This document shows, in pieces, positions 55,075 to 64,000 of a DNA stretch of 64,000 nucleotides. The first letter of the stretch is position 1, and each line of letters begins with the position of its first letter. Origin of the DNA: an uncultured Alistipes sp. (GTDB lineage: Bacteria; Bacteroidota; Bacteroidia; Bacteroidales; Rikenellaceae); contig CALUOX010000001.1 in NCBI GenBank assembly GCA_944322375.1, forward strand, positions 5,392 through 69,391. Direction: 5' to 3'. Position numbers and translations under genes: made by a program. The notes beneath the pieces are model-generated. The model ran no database searches, was not told the DNA's origin, and saw only the letters and a list, made by a program, of their open reading frames with translations.

Positions 55075-56880
55075 TTATTCAATCCACATGTAGTTCTGCT
55101 GCAGATTGGGGTTCTTGTCGATGGCCGTCTTCGGAACAGGGTGGATGTACCGTTGTTCGCTGAAGTGACGTTCGACATTGATCGTCAGACGTCCGTAGGT
55201 GTCAAATTCCAATCCTCGTTTTGCAGATAACGTGATGTATTTTACTCCGGGTTCGGTACCTGCGGCGCCGTCCACGACACAAACATCGTTCGTGCCGTCA
55301 TTGTTCAGATCATAGGCCGTATCCAACGCTCCGATGTAGATGCCGTACCACTGCTTGTTGAGCAGATGTCCCAGATGCCAGCGCATCAGGTCGTCGTAGC
55401 GGCGTCCTTCGAGCAGCAGTTCGATGGCACGTTCGCGACGGATCTCCAGAATATCGCTGTTGGTGATCTTGGGATTGCCGTCCTCTGCCGTATAGTAGTA
55501 ATCCTGCAGGTAAGGATCGATCTGCGTGGGGCGATCGCCGTTCACGCCGGCGCGCTCGCGCAACAGACGGATCGTCTTGTCCCAAACCGTATCGTCGAAT
55601 TCGCCCAATTCGGCCTTTGCTTCGGCGTAGTTGAGCAGGATCTCCGCATAGCGCAGAATAGGCAGCGAATTGGTGCAGATGCCCGAGGCTTCATACGAGT
55701 CGTCATCGACATTGAATTTGATGACCTGATAGCCGGAGTAGCTGACAGAGAAGTTCGGTGCGAAGGGTTTCGATACGCCGCTGACCAGTTTGCGATAGGT
55801 CGGCGAGATAATCGATTGCTGGAGCCGGTAGTCCTTGTTTTCGAAGATCTCCTGATAAGTCCTGCTCTTGTAGTCGGGATCATCCGTGAAACGGGTGCCG
55901 TCGAGATTCAGGTAGGTATAGACGAAATCGGCGTCAAGCGACCATCCCTGGCCCATCGAACCCGAGGTGTAGTACCACGTGATGTTGTGCCGCACGTTGA
56001 GTGCATCGTTGTACTCGCGGGCCCAGATGATCTCCTGTGACAGCACGGATTCCGTCGTAAAGAGCGAACGGTACTGCGATGCGACATTCGCCGACGAGCT
56101 GATGAGCGAATATACACCCGCATTCATCAACTCTTCGCAGGCGTCAGCGGCTTCACGCAGCCACTTGTTGTCCTTGTTGTACTCCGGATCCCAAGCCTTG
56201 CCTGTCGAGGGATCCACCGAGTGGTATTTGCGGTAGGTGCCTTCGAAGAGGCAGATGCGCGATTTGATACCCAGTGCGATCCATTTGTTGATCTTGGTGT
56301 TGTTTACCCATTCACTCGAACTGAAGCAGTGTTCGCAGGCATAATTTAAGTCCTCAAGCACTTTATCCATGACATATTCCCGACTGTCGCGCGGCTTGTA
56401 GAGGGCTTCGGTATCGGTCGAAAGAATGACATAGTCGTACCAAGGCACGGCGCCGAAGGTCTTGACCAGTTCGAAATAGTTCCATGCGCGCCAGAAACGG
56501 GCAGTGCCTTCATAGTGTGCATAGGTCTCTTCACTCAGCCCTTCGGCTTCGTGCATACGCTCAAGGAAGGTGTTGATATAGTAAACGAATTTCCATGCGC
56601 TGTTACCCCAACCTCCTTGCAATGCGGAGTTCCAACTGGGTTGATTCAGGTAATTCGATGTCTCTATTACCTGCACGATGTCGCAGTTCCCGTCCCCAAA
56701 TGTAAGTTCGGTGGCCGAAGGCAGGTAGGAGTTGATGAATCCGTTCGTGTATTGTAGCAGCGAAGATTCGTCTTTGAAGAAGTTGTCCGTACCGATCTCT
56801 TCGATCGGCTGCTTGTCGAGAAAATCTTCGCAGGATGCGAATGTCAGACAAGCAAGTACTGCATATATTGCTTTTTTCAT
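55075..56880 (-). CDS. SusD/RagB family lipoprotein
   Basis: Lipobox FASC-EDFLD; RFWRAW.YF.LVK.FGAVPW, LRYAEILLNYAEA, RRERAIEL..EG.RY.DL.RW, NPNL.QN. Confidence 0.96.
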   Translation of the reverse strand: MKKAIYAVLACLTFASCEDFLDKQPIEEIGTDNFFKDESSLLQYTNGFINSYLPSATELTFGDGNCDIVQVIETSNYLNQPSWNSALQGGWGNSAWKFVYYINTFLERMHEAEGLSEETYAHYEGTARFWRAWNYFELVKTFGAVPWYDYVILSTDTEALYKPRDSREYVMDKVLEDLNYACEHCFSSSEWVNNTKINKWIALGIKSRICLFEGTYRKYHSVDPSTGKAWDPEYNKDNKWLREAADACEELMNAGVYSLISSSANVASQYRSLFTTESVLSQEIIWAREYNDALNVRHNITWYYTSGSMGQGWSLDADFVYTYLNLDGTRFTDDPDYKSRTYQEIFENKDYRLQQSIISPTYRKLVSGVSKPFAPNFSVSYSGYQVIKFNVDDDSYEASGICTNSLPILRYAEILLNYAEAKAELGEFDDTVWDKTIRLLRERAGVNGDRPTQIDPYLQDYYYTAEDGNPKITNSDILEIRRERAIELLLEGRRYDDLMRWHLGHLLNKQWYGIYIGALDTAYDLNNDGTNDVCVVDGAAGTEPGVKYITLSAKRGLEFDTYGRLTINVERHFSEQRYIHPVPKTAIDKNPNLQQNYMWIE

Positions 56881-56892
56881 GGTTGTTCAAGT

Positions 56893-59800
56893 TTAGAAGG
56901 TAATGCTCAGACCGATGCTGTAGGAACGCATGACGGGATAACCGTCGCCATCACCCGAACCGTCGCCGCCCCGCGTGCTCGAGAAATCGGAGTCACCGGC
57001 GTAGATGCCTTCGGGATCGTAGTTCTTGGCGTATTTCTTCAACGGAGTGAAGGTCAGCAGGTTCTCGCCCGAAAGATAGATGCGCAGATTCTGAATGCCG
57101 GCCTTGCTCAACAACTTCTTGGGGAAGGTGTAGTCGATGGTCAGGTTCTTCAGACGCAGGTAGCGGGCATTCTGCAGGTAACGTGTATTAGGCTGAGAAA
57201 GAAGCCCTTTCGACGTCTGGGCTATGTAACCCACCAAACGCGGCCAGTAGGCGTTCGTATTTCCATTCTCGTCGGTGTAGCGGTCGCTGTGCCAAGGCAG
57301 AGAGATACTGTACGGACGTCCGTACTGGCCCCAGAAGTAACCCGACTCCTTTGCGGGATACCAGTCGCGGCGGCCTACGCCCTGCCATACCATCGACAGC
57401 CCGATGCCGTTCCAGTTCACACCGGCCGACAACGAATAGCTGTAACGCGGCGAGGTGTTGCCGATAACCGACAGGTCGCCGTGATCCTCCAAGGTGTTGG
57501 AACCATTGTCAATTCGACCGCTGTTATCGAGATCCTCGTATTTAGGATCACCTTTCTGCCAGATAATGGTGTTGTCGGTAAACTGTGAATAATCGAGCGA
57601 CTGGGCTTCTTCGTTGCTTTGGAAGAGTCCGTTGCAGGTGTAACCCCAGATTTCACCAATCGTCATGCCTTCATAGTAGTTGGTCGAATAGTTCGTCGGA
57701 AGCGTATTGGTCGTTGCCGTGAATTTTGTCACTTTCGTCGTGCTGTCCCAAACCATCGCCTTGATGTTGTAGCTGAAGGGCTTGCCTCCCAACTGGAAGC
57801 TGTCTCGCCACGAAATGCTGGCTTCCCAGCCGTTGGTTCGCATGTCGGCGTAGTTGCCTTTGGGAGCATTGTTGCCGAATACTGCCGGCAACTCCGGACC
57901 CGTTACGATCATGTCCTTCGTATCCTTGCGGTAGATATCGGCGACAAGCAACAGGCGACCGTTCAACATCTCCCAGTCCAGACCGAGGTCATAGGTGCTG
58001 ACCGTCTCCCAGGTCAGGCCATCGGGGGCCAAGGTCGGAACGCCGGCATAAACCAGCGGACTGCCGCCGGTCAGGATACCTGTACTGCGCGTGATGGCGA
58101 TCTTGCTTAGATAAACGTAGTCGTCCACCTGTCCGTTACCGGTCGAACCGAACGAGGCGCGGATCTTCAGGTTGTCCAGCCAGTTTTTGGTGCCCTCCAT
58201 GAATTTCTCCTCGGAGATACGCCAGCCGATCGATGCCGAGGGGAAGAAACCCCAACGCTGATTGCTCGGGAACTTCGAGTTACCGTCATATCGACCGCTC
58301 ACCTCGGCAAGATACCGCCCCTTGTAGCTGTAGTTGACGCGGAAGAAGGCACCCACGAGGCTCGACGAATAGCTGCCGTTGCCCTTTGCCGTGGGAAGTT
58401 CACCGGCCAAAAGATCCAGGGTCGGGTGGTCGGCGTCAATGACATCCGTGTTCTTCGCCATCGTGGTTGTGTAGGTGTAGTCTTCGATGTTCCAGCCGCC
58501 CATTACCTTGAGCCAGTGGTTCTCACCCAGTTTGGGAGTCCAGGTCAGCACGGCGTTGCTGGCTACACGTTCGCGGTTGTAGTAGCGCTCCTCATACCAG
58601 GAGGTAGCGGGTCGCTCGCCCGAAGAGTTGGGACCCGTATAGTACGTATAAGGGATAGCGAGCATGTGGCGTTCCGTGTGGTTGCGGTAGTAGTTTACGT
58701 CCACATCGGCTACCAGCACGTCCTTGATGAAGTCAATCGTGAACTTCGTACGGTTGTTGAGGTCGAACTTGTCGTCTTCACGCCAGGTATGGCCCTCGAC
58801 GAAACCGGCCCAGCCCATGTAAACGGCGGCGTCGGTCCATGTTCCGTCGGGGTTCTTCTCCAGCGTCATCGGGAAGCCCTGATGGTTCATCATACGGGTC
58901 GGCGTAACGGTAAAGGACTGTCCGCCGGTGGTCAGTGTCGGCTGGTGCGAGAACCGGCTCATGAACGACATGGTGTTCTCCACGCTCAGCCATTTGTTGA
59001 CTTTAACGGTTCCCTTTGCCAGTACGTTGTACTGGTTGTAGCGTTCGTCACCGGCATTGTAGATGCCGTCCTGATGGAAGTAACGGCCGGAAAGATAGAA
59101 CGAAGCGCGGTCCGTTCCACCCGTGATGGAGAGGTTGTGCTGGTGACCGGTCGTATAGTTCTTGTAGAAGATGTCGTACCAGTTCGTGTTGCCGAAATAC
59201 TCGTAACGCCCGTCGGCGGGGTTGACGCGCCACTTTTCAAAGGACGGATCGGCATCGCGGCGTACCAGTTCGTTGTACCATGTGCGGTTGAAACGGAATA
59301 CGTTGTTGATGTTTGCGGGATCCGTCTGTTTGCAGTTGATATAGGATTCGAGGTAGGAGTTGGTCCAGTTCAGACCGTTGTCCACGAGTTCCGGAGTGAC
59401 GGTACGCTGGTAGAAGTTGTAGGAGCCGTTGTAGGTAATTTTCAGCTGGCCCTTTTCCGGCTTTTTGGTCGTGATGAGGATCACGCCGAAGGTACCGCGC
59501 GAACCGTAAACGGCCGTCGAGGAGGCATCCTTCAGTACAGTTACGCTCTCGACGTCTTCCGGGTTGACGGTTTCAATACCCATCTCGACGCCATCGACGA
59601 GAACGAGTGTCGAACCGCCCGAACCGATCGAGTTCGTGACGCCTCGGATGCGGAGCGTACCGCCGCGAGTCGGTTTACCGTCGGAGAAGGTAACGGTCAG
59701 GCCCGGAATCGATCCTTGCAGGGAACGGGTTACGTTCTGGTAGGAACCGAGGCGGTCTTCGATATCTTTGCTTGTGATTTGCTCTACGGCGCCGACGATG

Positions 59801-60204
59801 TCGCGTTTTTTCTGTACGCCGTAACCTACGACGACGATCTCTTCAAGGCTGGTGTTGTCCTCTTCGAGGGTGACGTTGATTGTGGATTGGTTGTTGACGG
59901 GAACGAGTTGGGTCTTGTAGCCGATGAAGCTGAAATTCAGAGATTCCTTGCTGGAAACGGAGATTGTGTAGTGACCCTCGATATCGGTGGTGGTACCGCG
60001 CGACGTGTCGGGGATTGTGATTGCTGCACCTACGATAGGATTGCCGCTCTTGTCTTTAACGGTACCCGAGACGGTATTCCCCCCCCCTTGTGCCATAACG
60101 GAGGTTGTAAGGGCCGTCAAAACAAGCGCAACCATGAAGAATCCGATACGCCGGCAATGGTCTGCGAGCGAACGGCGTCCTCTCTGAGTAGAACGTTGTT
60201 TCAT
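56893..60204 (-). CDS. SusC/RagA family TonB-dependent transporter
   Basis: Start MKQRSTQ; VSGTVKD, VVVGYGVQKK, LKDASSTAVYGSRGTFGVILITTK, SGRYDGNSKF, RWGFFPS; ends YPVMRSYSIGLSITF. Confidence 0.97.
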   Translation of the reverse strand: MKQRSTQRGRRSLADHCRRIGFFMVALVLTALTTSVMAQGGGNTVSGTVKDKSGNPIVGAAITIPDTSRGTTTDIEGHYTISVSSKESLNFSFIGYKTQLVPVNNQSTINVTLEEDNTSLEEIVVVGYGVQKKRDIVGAVEQITSKDIEDRLGSYQNVTRSLQGSIPGLTVTFSDGKPTRGGTLRIRGVTNSIGSGGSTLVLVDGVEMGIETVNPEDVESVTVLKDASSTAVYGSRGTFGVILITTKKPEKGQLKITYNGSYNFYQRTVTPELVDNGLNWTNSYLESYINCKQTDPANINNVFRFNRTWYNELVRRDADPSFEKWRVNPADGRYEYFGNTNWYDIFYKNYTTGHQHNLSITGGTDRASFYLSGRYFHQDGIYNAGDERYNQYNVLAKGTVKVNKWLSVENTMSFMSRFSHQPTLTTGGQSFTVTPTRMMNHQGFPMTLEKNPDGTWTDAAVYMGWAGFVEGHTWREDDKFDLNNRTKFTIDFIKDVLVADVDVNYYRNHTERHMLAIPYTYYTGPNSSGERPATSWYEERYYNRERVASNAVLTWTPKLGENHWLKVMGGWNIEDYTYTTTMAKNTDVIDADHPTLDLLAGELPTAKGNGSYSSSLVGAFFRVNYSYKGRYLAEVSGRYDGNSKFPSNQRWGFFPSASIGWRISEEKFMEGTKNWLDNLKIRASFGSTGNGQVDDYVYLSKIAITRSTGILTGGSPLVYAGVPTLAPDGLTWETVSTYDLGLDWEMLNGRLLLVADIYRKDTKDMIVTGPELPAVFGNNAPKGNYADMRTNGWEASISWRDSFQLGGKPFSYNIKAMVWDSTTKVTKFTATTNTLPTNYSTNYYEGMTIGEIWGYTCNGLFQSNEEAQSLDYSQFTDNTIIWQKGDPKYEDLDNSGRIDNGSNTLEDHGDLSVIGNTSPRYSYSLSAGVNWNGIGLSMVWQGVGRRDWYPAKESGYFWGQYGRPYSISLPWHSDRYTDENGNTNAYWPRLVGYIAQTSKGLLSQPNTRYLQNARYLRLKNLTIDYTFPKKLLSKAGIQNLRIYLSGENLLTFTPLKKYAKNYDPEGIYAGDSDFSSTRGGDGSGDGDGYPVMRSYSIGLSITF
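60079..60087 (-). repeat. G9 homopolymer within right susC (codons 40-42, AQ-GGG)
   Basis: Plus strand attCCCCCCCCCttg; frame intact at 9 G. Confidence 0.95.
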
Positions 60205-60480
60205 TATTAAAAACAGTTTAAGTTTAGAATTCGGTTCGTGTTGATAGGTTGGCATTGTCGAGGACGTTGAAATAGGACAACGACGAAAAATAAGACAACG
60301 ACGCATGCCGCGCTCTCACTCTGTGCAGGCTGGTCCGCGTTAAACTGTTCCGGAGGATGAAAAATAAGGTTAGTTGAGGTTCATTCTGTAAAGGTGTAAA
60401 GTTTTAAGTTTGGCTTTTATTTGTTTTCGGTCTCTTTTTGGTTTCTCTTCTGTTTCCAAAAAGGAGTTATAAGGTCTTTG

Positions 60481-60717
60481 CAAATATATCGTTATTCTTT
60501 CTTTTTGCAAAATATTTTACGCTTTTTTTATGTTTTCATGTGAGAATTTCTCTGAAATGTAAATAAACACGGTTCAAACACTTTTCCTGAAAAATCGAAC
60601 GCATGAAAATTTATGAGTGTCGGAAGGTGTCGTATCTCTTTTTTGCTCTTTTTTAGCTCAATTTTGCTTTTTTTTGTCTGGAGAAAATTTGGATTATTGA
60701 AAATTTTGTTACCTTTG
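60481..60717. promoter_or_regulatory. Divergent promoter region: -7 box for susC (60481-60488, minus) and for the lipoprotein (60710-60717, plus)
   Basis: caaatata and tacctttg consensus boxes in AT-rich DNA. Confidence 0.65.
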
Positions 60718-60827
60718 TCCTTGCAAGCTGATCTGTATCATTCTTTTCCTGGAGGAAGGGGGCGTCGAAATGATGCGTCCTTGAGCTATTTTGTTACAAT
60801 AGTTATTACTCTAAATCGGAAAACTTT

Positions 60828-63749
60828 ATGAAAATCACAAAATGGATGGCTGCAGCTGCGCTGCTCCTCTCTTTTGGTTTGTCGGGTTGTACAGAGGACC
60901 TTACCGACGAGGTGAGCCAGTTGACCCGCAATACCGATGAGGTGACTGTGGCCTATAATAAAGGTGCTACGACAAGTTTCACCGTGCGTGTCCCCGGAGC
61001 ATGGGCCGCTACGGCAGCTTGTAAGGATGCGGCAGGTCAGAGTACCTCCTCCTGGATTACACTCGAGCCCTCCGAAGGCGTGGGTGACGGCAAGCAGTAT
61101 CAGACCGTGACGGTCATTGCCGACCGCAATGCCGGCGAGGCTCGTGAAGCCATTATTACGGTTGTCGGTGCTACGCGCGGGGATGCCGTAGAGATCAAGG
61201 TTTCGCAGGAAGCCGGTATTTTCGAGGTCGGAGACCCTGTAATCTCCGGCTCGTTGAAAGAGAAGGTGCCTTCGACGGCATCCATAGAAATCAGCTACAC
61301 AAAGGCGCTCGGCGGTGAGGAGGTGACGGTTGAGGCCTCTTTCGAAGGCGACAACTACGGCTTGTCGGTCGAAAAGTATTCGACGACGGTCGAGACGGAA
61401 GGCGACGGCGCATGGAAAGTTCCCATCGAGGGTACTCCGACCAAAATGGGACTTGTCACCATCAATCTTAAGATTACGGCCGGAGAGTTGACGTTCGACA
61501 GGAAGTTCAGTTACGACATCAGCTCCGAAACCACGATCTTCCGTTTCGGATTCGACAAGTTCGTATGGGGCGGCGATGCGATCAACAATGAGGAAGGTGT
61601 GGTGCCGACGGAAGATGGTACGGGCGCAACGGGCTCATATGACGGAACCGAGCCGGCACGTTCTACCTGTACGCGTGGTACCGACGGTACGGGCAACTGC
61701 TTCGCGACGATGGGTGAAGAGTACCGTAAGAACCGGGACATCTCCGACTGGGACGGCACCAGGGTGTATGAGCATCCGGGCTATGTGAAGATCGGCGTCA
61801 CTGCCGAGGGCGGATGGATCATGACCCCGCCGATGAGCGCCATTGCCGGTACGACGGATATCGACGTATCGTTCAAGGCGGCGCATTGGAATGAGGAGAA
61901 CGGCCATACGGATATCGTCTTCGCCGTCGAAGGCGACGGTGTAATCGACGGCAGCGCCGTACTGATCATGCCGGCTGCGGATACATGGAAGAAGGTGAAG
62001 AAGAACGGCTGGACGCAATTCAAGATCCGTGTGCTGGACGCTACATCCAATACCCGTTTGAAGTGGTCGGCTGCGGATCTGACGACCGGCGGTTCGCGCT
62101 TCATGCTTGACGACATTCTGGTGGAGGTCTCGAAGGAGCGAACCGAACCGCTGAATCCCGTTACGGCCGAGACGATTTCCTATACGGCTGAGGAGAATTC
62201 GTTGACCTTCACATGGGATGCCGTGGAGGATGCCTCTGCATATCGGTTGGAACTGGCGCGTGAAGCAACACCGGATTTCATGCAGACGGTCGAAGTTGCG
62301 GAGACGACCTATACCTTCGACAAGCTGGAACCCGATTATTATCTTCTGACCATTCGCGCGCTCTTCTCGCAGAACGAGGAGTTCAATTCGGAACCCGTGA
62401 CGGTAACGGCCGCGACTGCAGGGCTCAGCTATGGAAAGTTGGATACGCCGGCGTTGAACGTCGAATCGACGGCATGGACCGCGAATGTTTCGTGGAATGC
62501 GGTTGAGCGTGCTACGGGATATGAATGCGTGTTGAAGGACGGCGGGCAGCCAATCGACACGCAGACCCTCGATGCAGACCACACGTCGATAAGCTATACG
62601 GGCTTGACGGAGGAACATCAGTACGAAGTCTCGGTCACGGCTCTTTATGACCGTGATCCGCAGTACAATTCGGATGCGGCAACGGCAGCAATCCAGACAA
62701 AGGCGCTGGAGGTCGAGGCTCCGACAAATGTTGCTCTTTACGCGAAGAGCCCGACGACCCTGACCTTTGCTTGGGACGACACTAACAAGAATGGGCGTAC
62801 CTATACGGTTCAGTATGCGTCGGAGGCTTCGGACAAGGCTGCGAAGTTGGCCGAATTCAGCTATACATGGACAACCAAATCGACGGATCCGAGCTGGACC
62901 TGGGCTTATCCGACGCGCATCACGATCGTTTCGTTCATGAACGAGGACCGCACGATCGGTTCGGAGGCAAATCTGATCCGTCCCGGACAGACCTGTTACT
63001 TCCGTGTACGTTGCGGCGGTGCTTCTGATGAAAGCAAGTGGTCGGACTGGGTGTCCGCTACGACCGATACACGCACGGCACCGGCCAATGAGATCTTCTA
63101 CGAAGGTTTCGACAGGTGCTTCGTGGGCGGCGGCGACTGGCTGAACCAGGCAAACTGCTCGGTTATTACGAAAGATAAGAATCAAACGGATATCTGGCAG
63201 TTGAAATTGTCAACGTCATTGGCGTCCAATGCCGTTTCTACCTTCGGCAATATCTATACGGCGGGCAACATGACGACCGATGTCGCTTCGTGGATCGGCT
63301 ATACACGCATCTGGGATCGCGGTACCGGTAATGGTGACCTCCAGCCGTGCCCGGGTTATGTGAAATGCGGCAACGGCTCGAATGTCGGCGCCTTCCGTAT
63401 TCTGGCTTTGGGTACGGACAAGCTGGCGGCCGAAGGCGAGGATGTGACCCTGACATTCAAGGCAACGCCCTGGAGCGAGGTGACGACCGGTGCCGGATAC
63501 ACGATGGACAACAAGCTGGTGGACATCTATGTCAACGACGTGGTTGTGGCGACCGACGTGCGGATTACCGATTCGAATGCGGTTGATGGCGATCCGGCCG
63601 TTCTGACCGACATGAAGTGGAAGACGGTTTCGATCGATATTCCCGCCCTGAAGCCCACCGATCAGATCACGATCATGAGCAAGACCAACGAGGCACTCGG
63701 AGCCAAAGGCCGTTTCTTCCTCGATGAGGTTTCGGTGGTGAAGAAGTAA
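60828..63749 (+). CDS. Large surface lipoprotein: BACON-like domain, FN3-like repeats and two homologous beta-sandwich domains
   Basis: Lipobox LSGC-TED; WITLEPSEG..G..DRNAGEAREA; W.AV..A..Y repeats; duplicated (F/E)GFD..(V)GG.D...PGYVK.G...FKA..W...RF.LD.I.V. Confidence 0.82.
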   Translation: MKITKWMAAAALLLSFGLSGCTEDLTDEVSQLTRNTDEVTVAYNKGATTSFTVRVPGAWAATAACKDAAGQSTSSWITLEPSEGVGDGKQYQTVTVIADRNAGEAREAIITVVGATRGDAVEIKVSQEAGIFEVGDPVISGSLKEKVPSTASIEISYTKALGGEEVTVEASFEGDNYGLSVEKYSTTVETEGDGAWKVPIEGTPTKMGLVTINLKITAGELTFDRKFSYDISSETTIFRFGFDKFVWGGDAINNEEGVVPTEDGTGATGSYDGTEPARSTCTRGTDGTGNCFATMGEEYRKNRDISDWDGTRVYEHPGYVKIGVTAEGGWIMTPPMSAIAGTTDIDVSFKAAHWNEENGHTDIVFAVEGDGVIDGSAVLIMPAADTWKKVKKNGWTQFKIRVLDATSNTRLKWSAADLTTGGSRFMLDDILVEVSKERTEPLNPVTAETISYTAEENSLTFTWDAVEDASAYRLELAREATPDFMQTVEVAETTYTFDKLEPDYYLLTIRALFSQNEEFNSEPVTVTAATAGLSYGKLDTPALNVESTAWTANVSWNAVERATGYECVLKDGGQPIDTQTLDADHTSISYTGLTEEHQYEVSVTALYDRDPQYNSDAATAAIQTKALEVEAPTNVALYAKSPTTLTFAWDDTNKNGRTYTVQYASEASDKAAKLAEFSYTWTTKSTDPSWTWAYPTRITIVSFMNEDRTIGSEANLIRPGQTCYFRVRCGGASDESKWSDWVSATTDTRTAPANEIFYEGFDRCFVGGGDWLNQANCSVITKDKNQTDIWQLKLSTSLASNAVSTFGNIYTAGNMTTDVASWIGYTRIWDRGTGNGDLQPCPGYVKCGNGSNVGAFRILALGTDKLAAEGEDVTLTFKATPWSEVTTGAGYTMDNKLVDIYVNDVVVATDVRITDSNAVDGDPAVLTDMKWKTVSIDIPALKPTDQITIMSKTNEALGAKGRFFLDEVSVVKK

Positions 63750-63770
63750 TTGAAGAAAACCCTCTCTGGC

Positions 63771-63800
63771 AGGCGGGCCGCATGTGCGGCCCGCCTTTTT
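63771..63800 (+). terminator. Intrinsic terminator
   Basis: Perfect 12-bp stem aggcgggccgca/tgcggcccgcct followed by T residues. Confidence 0.88.
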
Positions 63801-63903
63801 AATATGTGAAAAGGGAGCGATATCATTTTGACTGGCTGGATTTTTTGGAGAATTGCCTGAATTTTTCTATATTTACACAATTCAATTAGAAATAACTCGA
63901 AAT

Positions 63904-64000
63904 ATGTTGAGCGTAGCCGAGAGACACAAGTATATTCTCGATCATCTGAACAAGTACGGTTTTGTCCGTATTACCGATGTGGCCAATGAATTGGGCGTTA
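63904..64000 (+). CDS. DeoR/GlpR family transcriptional regulator, N-terminal HTH (runs off right edge)
   Basis: Hand translation MLSVAERHKYILDHLNKYGFVRITDVANELGV fits the DeoR pattern ER...IL..L...G.V.V..LA..LGV. Confidence 0.85.
   Translation, partial: MLSVAERHKYILDHLNKYGFVRITDVANELGV

Overview
GC-rich Bacteroidota chromosome segment, most like Alistipes/Rikenellaceae (inferred from gene content, TAnnTTTG -7 promoter boxes and SusC/SusD genes). Left to right: the 5' end of a SusC; a secreted PHP-family phosphoesterase; a glycogen/alpha-glucan locus (GH57, GT4, a debranching enzyme with a long Lys/Ala tail, and a GT3 synthase-GT35 phosphorylase fusion); housekeeping genes (hemW, thrE pair, uvrD/pcrA, GT2, nth, nrnA, S41 protease, nfo, class III aminotransferase, trmH, rsgA, cvpA, wbqC, ispG, recG). 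Mixed in are a tandem pair of AT-richer outer-membrane proteins, a GH2 whose catalytic nucleophile appears replaced, a two-gene short-lipoprotein/SPASM radical SAM operon, a lipoprotein + PagL-like pair and a GH123-like protein. The right quarter (48.6-64 kb) is a SusCD locus with no recognisable CAZyme: three tandem calcineurin-like phosphoesterases, a HAD-IIA phosphatase, a divergent 973-aa surface lipoprotein and a DeoR/GlpR regulator. Both susC genes carry an in-frame G9 tract near their 5' ends. Best candidates for undescribed biology are the phosphoester-utilisation locus, the minimal lipopeptide/radical SAM pair, putative poly-G phase variation of susC, and the glycogen-enzyme oddities. 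I saw no tRNA, rRNA, CRISPR array, transposase or integrase. Family names are recognised from motifs by eye; no database searches were run.
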